Assembly (NCBI RefSeq): GCF_002087085.1
Contig: NZ_MWQY01000001.1
Coordinates: 1 to 64,000 of the forward strand
Direction: 5' to 3'
DNA length: 64,000 nt
Positions within the stretch are counted from its first letter, which is position 1. Every line of letters starts with the position of its first letter. Positions 62,038-64,000 of the stretch are shown in pieces. The notes beneath the pieces are model-generated. The model was not told the DNA's origin. It saw only the letters and a program-made list of their open reading frames with translations, and did no database searches. Position numbers and translations under genes: made by a program.

Positions 62038-64000
62038 ATGAGAAATGCCGTAACACGTCTCTCCAGTATTCTCCTGATGCTGATATTCACGGTTTCGCTT
62101 TCGGCTGTGGATTCTGCGGATCTTCTTTTTCGTGAAGGAAGCGCACGCTTTGAACGGGGTGACTATTCCGGAGCTGCCGAAAGGTACCGGAATTTTGTAC
62201 GGCGATACCCGCAGAATGAGTCGTACCCCGATGCTCTTTACCGCCTGGGGATCTCCTCCATCAAGATCGGGGAGTACGGGGAGGGAATTGAGCTGCTTCA
62301 GCGTCTTGAGGCCCGTTATCCCGGCGGCCGTTTCAGGACGGCATTCTGGCTCGGTATCGGGTATGAAGCCCTGGGGGATTCAGAGAGAGCTCTTTCCTCC
62401 TGGGACCGGTATATCGCCGGGGAAGATACGGCATACCGCAGGGAGGCCCTGGTGGCCGCGGCATACACATACACCGAAAGCGGCAGGCCGGAGGCTGCGG
62501 AGAAACTGCTGCTCGTGCTTGAGGATTATGACGGAGATTTCTTCATCGAAAAAGGCGGTCTGGTCCTCCTCGCGGAGATATACAGGGCTGCCGGATCCTT
62601 CGGCAGGATAATAGAACTGGCTGAACGTATTGATTCCGGTTCCGTAAAAGACCTCCCGCCGGCTTTTCTTCTCACCCTGGGCGAGGCCTACCGCCAACAG
62701 GAAGATACAGCTGTAGCCGAAGAGCTCTTCCGCAGGGTTGCGGGGTCCGGTTCTCCGGATTTGCGGGCCTCTGCGTACGGCCGGCTCTTTTCTCTCTATG
62801 AAGCCTCCAATCGTCTGTCGGAGATGGAGGGTGTGGTTCTGGATGCGGAAAATCAGCTGGCGGGAGACAGGGACGCACTGGCGGCTTTCTGGTTCCGCGC
62901 TGGAGCTGTTCTTTCTTCCCGGGGATCGTCCGCCGATGGTATCGCCTATCTGAAACGTGCCTGGGACATCCGTCATCAGGCGGAGCCGCCGGGAACGCTC
63001 CCGATATTTTATGCCCAGGCCCTTATGTCCATGGATGAGACGGAGGCAGCTGTTGAAATTCTGGAAAGCGCTCTCGATGAAGGTATGGGCGATGCCGGAA
63101 GAATTCGCTACAGGCTGGCCGCTGCTTATTCCCGACTGAATGACTGGTCCGGAGTCAGAGATCTGTTGTCTTCCGGGGATCAGTCCCTGGATGCTCCTGC
63201 CTCCCTGTTGCTGGCCCAGGCCCACCTGCGTCTGAAGGAGTATCCCGCGGGTCTTTCCGTGGCATCGGCGGCCCTTGAAGAACAGCCCGCCACGGAATGG
63301 CAGCGCGGACTTCTCAAGGTAAGCTGGCAGCTTCTGGCAGCGGCAGGGGAGTACAGAGAGGCGGTCAAGACATATTCTCAGTATAAACGTCTTCTGGGGG
63401 AACCCGACGATACCGGGGATCTGCAATACCTGCGGCTCCTTTTCAACGCCGGGCTGTATAATCAGGTGGTGCGCCGGGGGAGTTCCGAGGCTGAGTCCTG
63501 GGAGGCAAAACTGCTTCGGGGAATGGCCCTGATCGGTATCCAGGAGTACGGCGAGGCCCGGGACACCCTGTCCTCCCTGTCTTCCCGGGATATTCCTGCC
63601 GAGTACCGGCAGTTCAGGGATTATTACCTTTCCTGGAGTCTCTATCGTCTGGGGGATTATCCCCGGGCTTTGCGCAGTTTCCGGGATTTTCGCAGGGACT
63701 ATCCGGATTCATCCCTGGCGTCGGAAGCGGCCTGGTACGGGGGCTGGTCGGCATTCTCCCTTAAAGACTACGGGTCCGCAGCGGAACTCTTCGGTGCCTG
63801 TGACCCTTCAGGACCCAGGGGCCGGGAAGCCCTTCTGGCCCGGGCCCGGGCTCTTGCCGCGGATGGGCGCAGAGGGGAAGCCATTCTGCTTGCAGAGAGC
63901 TATCTCGGCGAATATGCCCGCCTGGGTGGTGATGAAGCCCTCTACCTTATCTTTGAAATCCATCTGGAAGGCGCTAATCGGGATGACAGTTCCGAAGCCC
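62038..64000 (+). CDS. Exported tetratricopeptide-repeat protein (partial, runs off the window end)
   Basis: Hand translation MRNAVTRLSSILLMLIFTVSLSA...FERGDYSGAAERYRNFVRRYP...DALYRLG; absent from the ORF track, presumably because no stop lies inside the window. Confidence 0.85.
   Translation, partial: MRNAVTRLSSILLMLIFTVSLSAVDSADLLFREGSARFERGDYSGAAERYRNFVRRYPQNESYPDALYRLGISSIKIGEYGEGIELLQRLEARYPGGRFRTAFWLGIGYEALGDSERALSSWDRYIAGEDTAYRREALVAAAYTYTESGRPEAAEKLLLVLEDYDGDFFIEKGGLVLLAEIYRAAGSFGRIIELAERIDSGSVKDLPPAFLLTLGEAYRQQEDTAVAEELFRRVAGSGSPDLRASAYGRLFSLYEASNRLSEMEGVVLDAENQLAGDRDALAAFWFRAGAVLSSRGSSADGIAYLKRAWDIRHQAEPPGTLPIFYAQALMSMDETEAAVEILESALDEGMGDAGRIRYRLAAAYSRLNDWSGVRDLLSSGDQSLDAPASLLLAQAHLRLKEYPAGLSVASAALEEQPATEWQRGLLKVSWQLLAAAGEYREAVKTYSQYKRLLGEPDDTGDLQYLRLLFNAGLYNQVVRRGSSEAESWEAKLLRGMALIGIQEYGEARDTLSSLSSRDIPAEYRQFRDYYLSWSLYRLGDYPRALRSFRDFRRDYPDSSLASEAAWYGGWSAFSLKDYGSAAELFGACDPSGPRGREALLARARALAADGRRGEAILLAESYLGEYARLGGDEALYLIFEIHLEGANRDDSSEA

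Noticed and set aside
62132..63426. Several ORFs called in the last 2 kb
   Set aside because: Alternative frames or antisense of the TPR gene starting at 62038

Overview
Window from a free-living-type spirochaete chromosome (Spirochaetales, probably Spirochaetaceae). This is inferred from the RpoB rifampicin-region Asn, an rfuABCD-like operon, the gene order and spirochaete-type hypothetical proteins. About half of the window (21.1-49.0 kb) is one contiguous housekeeping supercluster: tRNA-Thr, rpmG, tRNA-Trp, secE, nusG, rplKAJL, rpoBC, rpsLG, tuf and the S10/spc/alpha operons, lacking fusA, adk, map and infA. The left 21 kb is mixed accessory and metabolic DNA. It holds a 41-bp tandem repeat and an orphan IS3-type end, a GntR-controlled DapA-like/Ldh-family module, a Mop protein, a DUF89 remnant, argH, an FMN-riboswitch-controlled ABC importer, prs, an FGGY kinase, an orphan Cache histidine kinase, a radical SAM enzyme, an apparently damaged soluble MCP and a NifA-like sigma54 activator. 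The right end carries a membrane protein with about 30 EEAEEL repeats interrupted by an in-frame stop, then rny-ymdB-tlyA, a PLP enzyme, a GerMN protein, ptsI, der and a TPR protein running off the window. I found no clearly new multi-gene system. The best leads are the acidic-repeat membrane protein, a structured RNA upstream of tuf, a non-consensus FMN riboswitch, several apparently leaderless genes and two unusual RpoC substitutions. All family calls are from motif recognition by eye; no searches were run.
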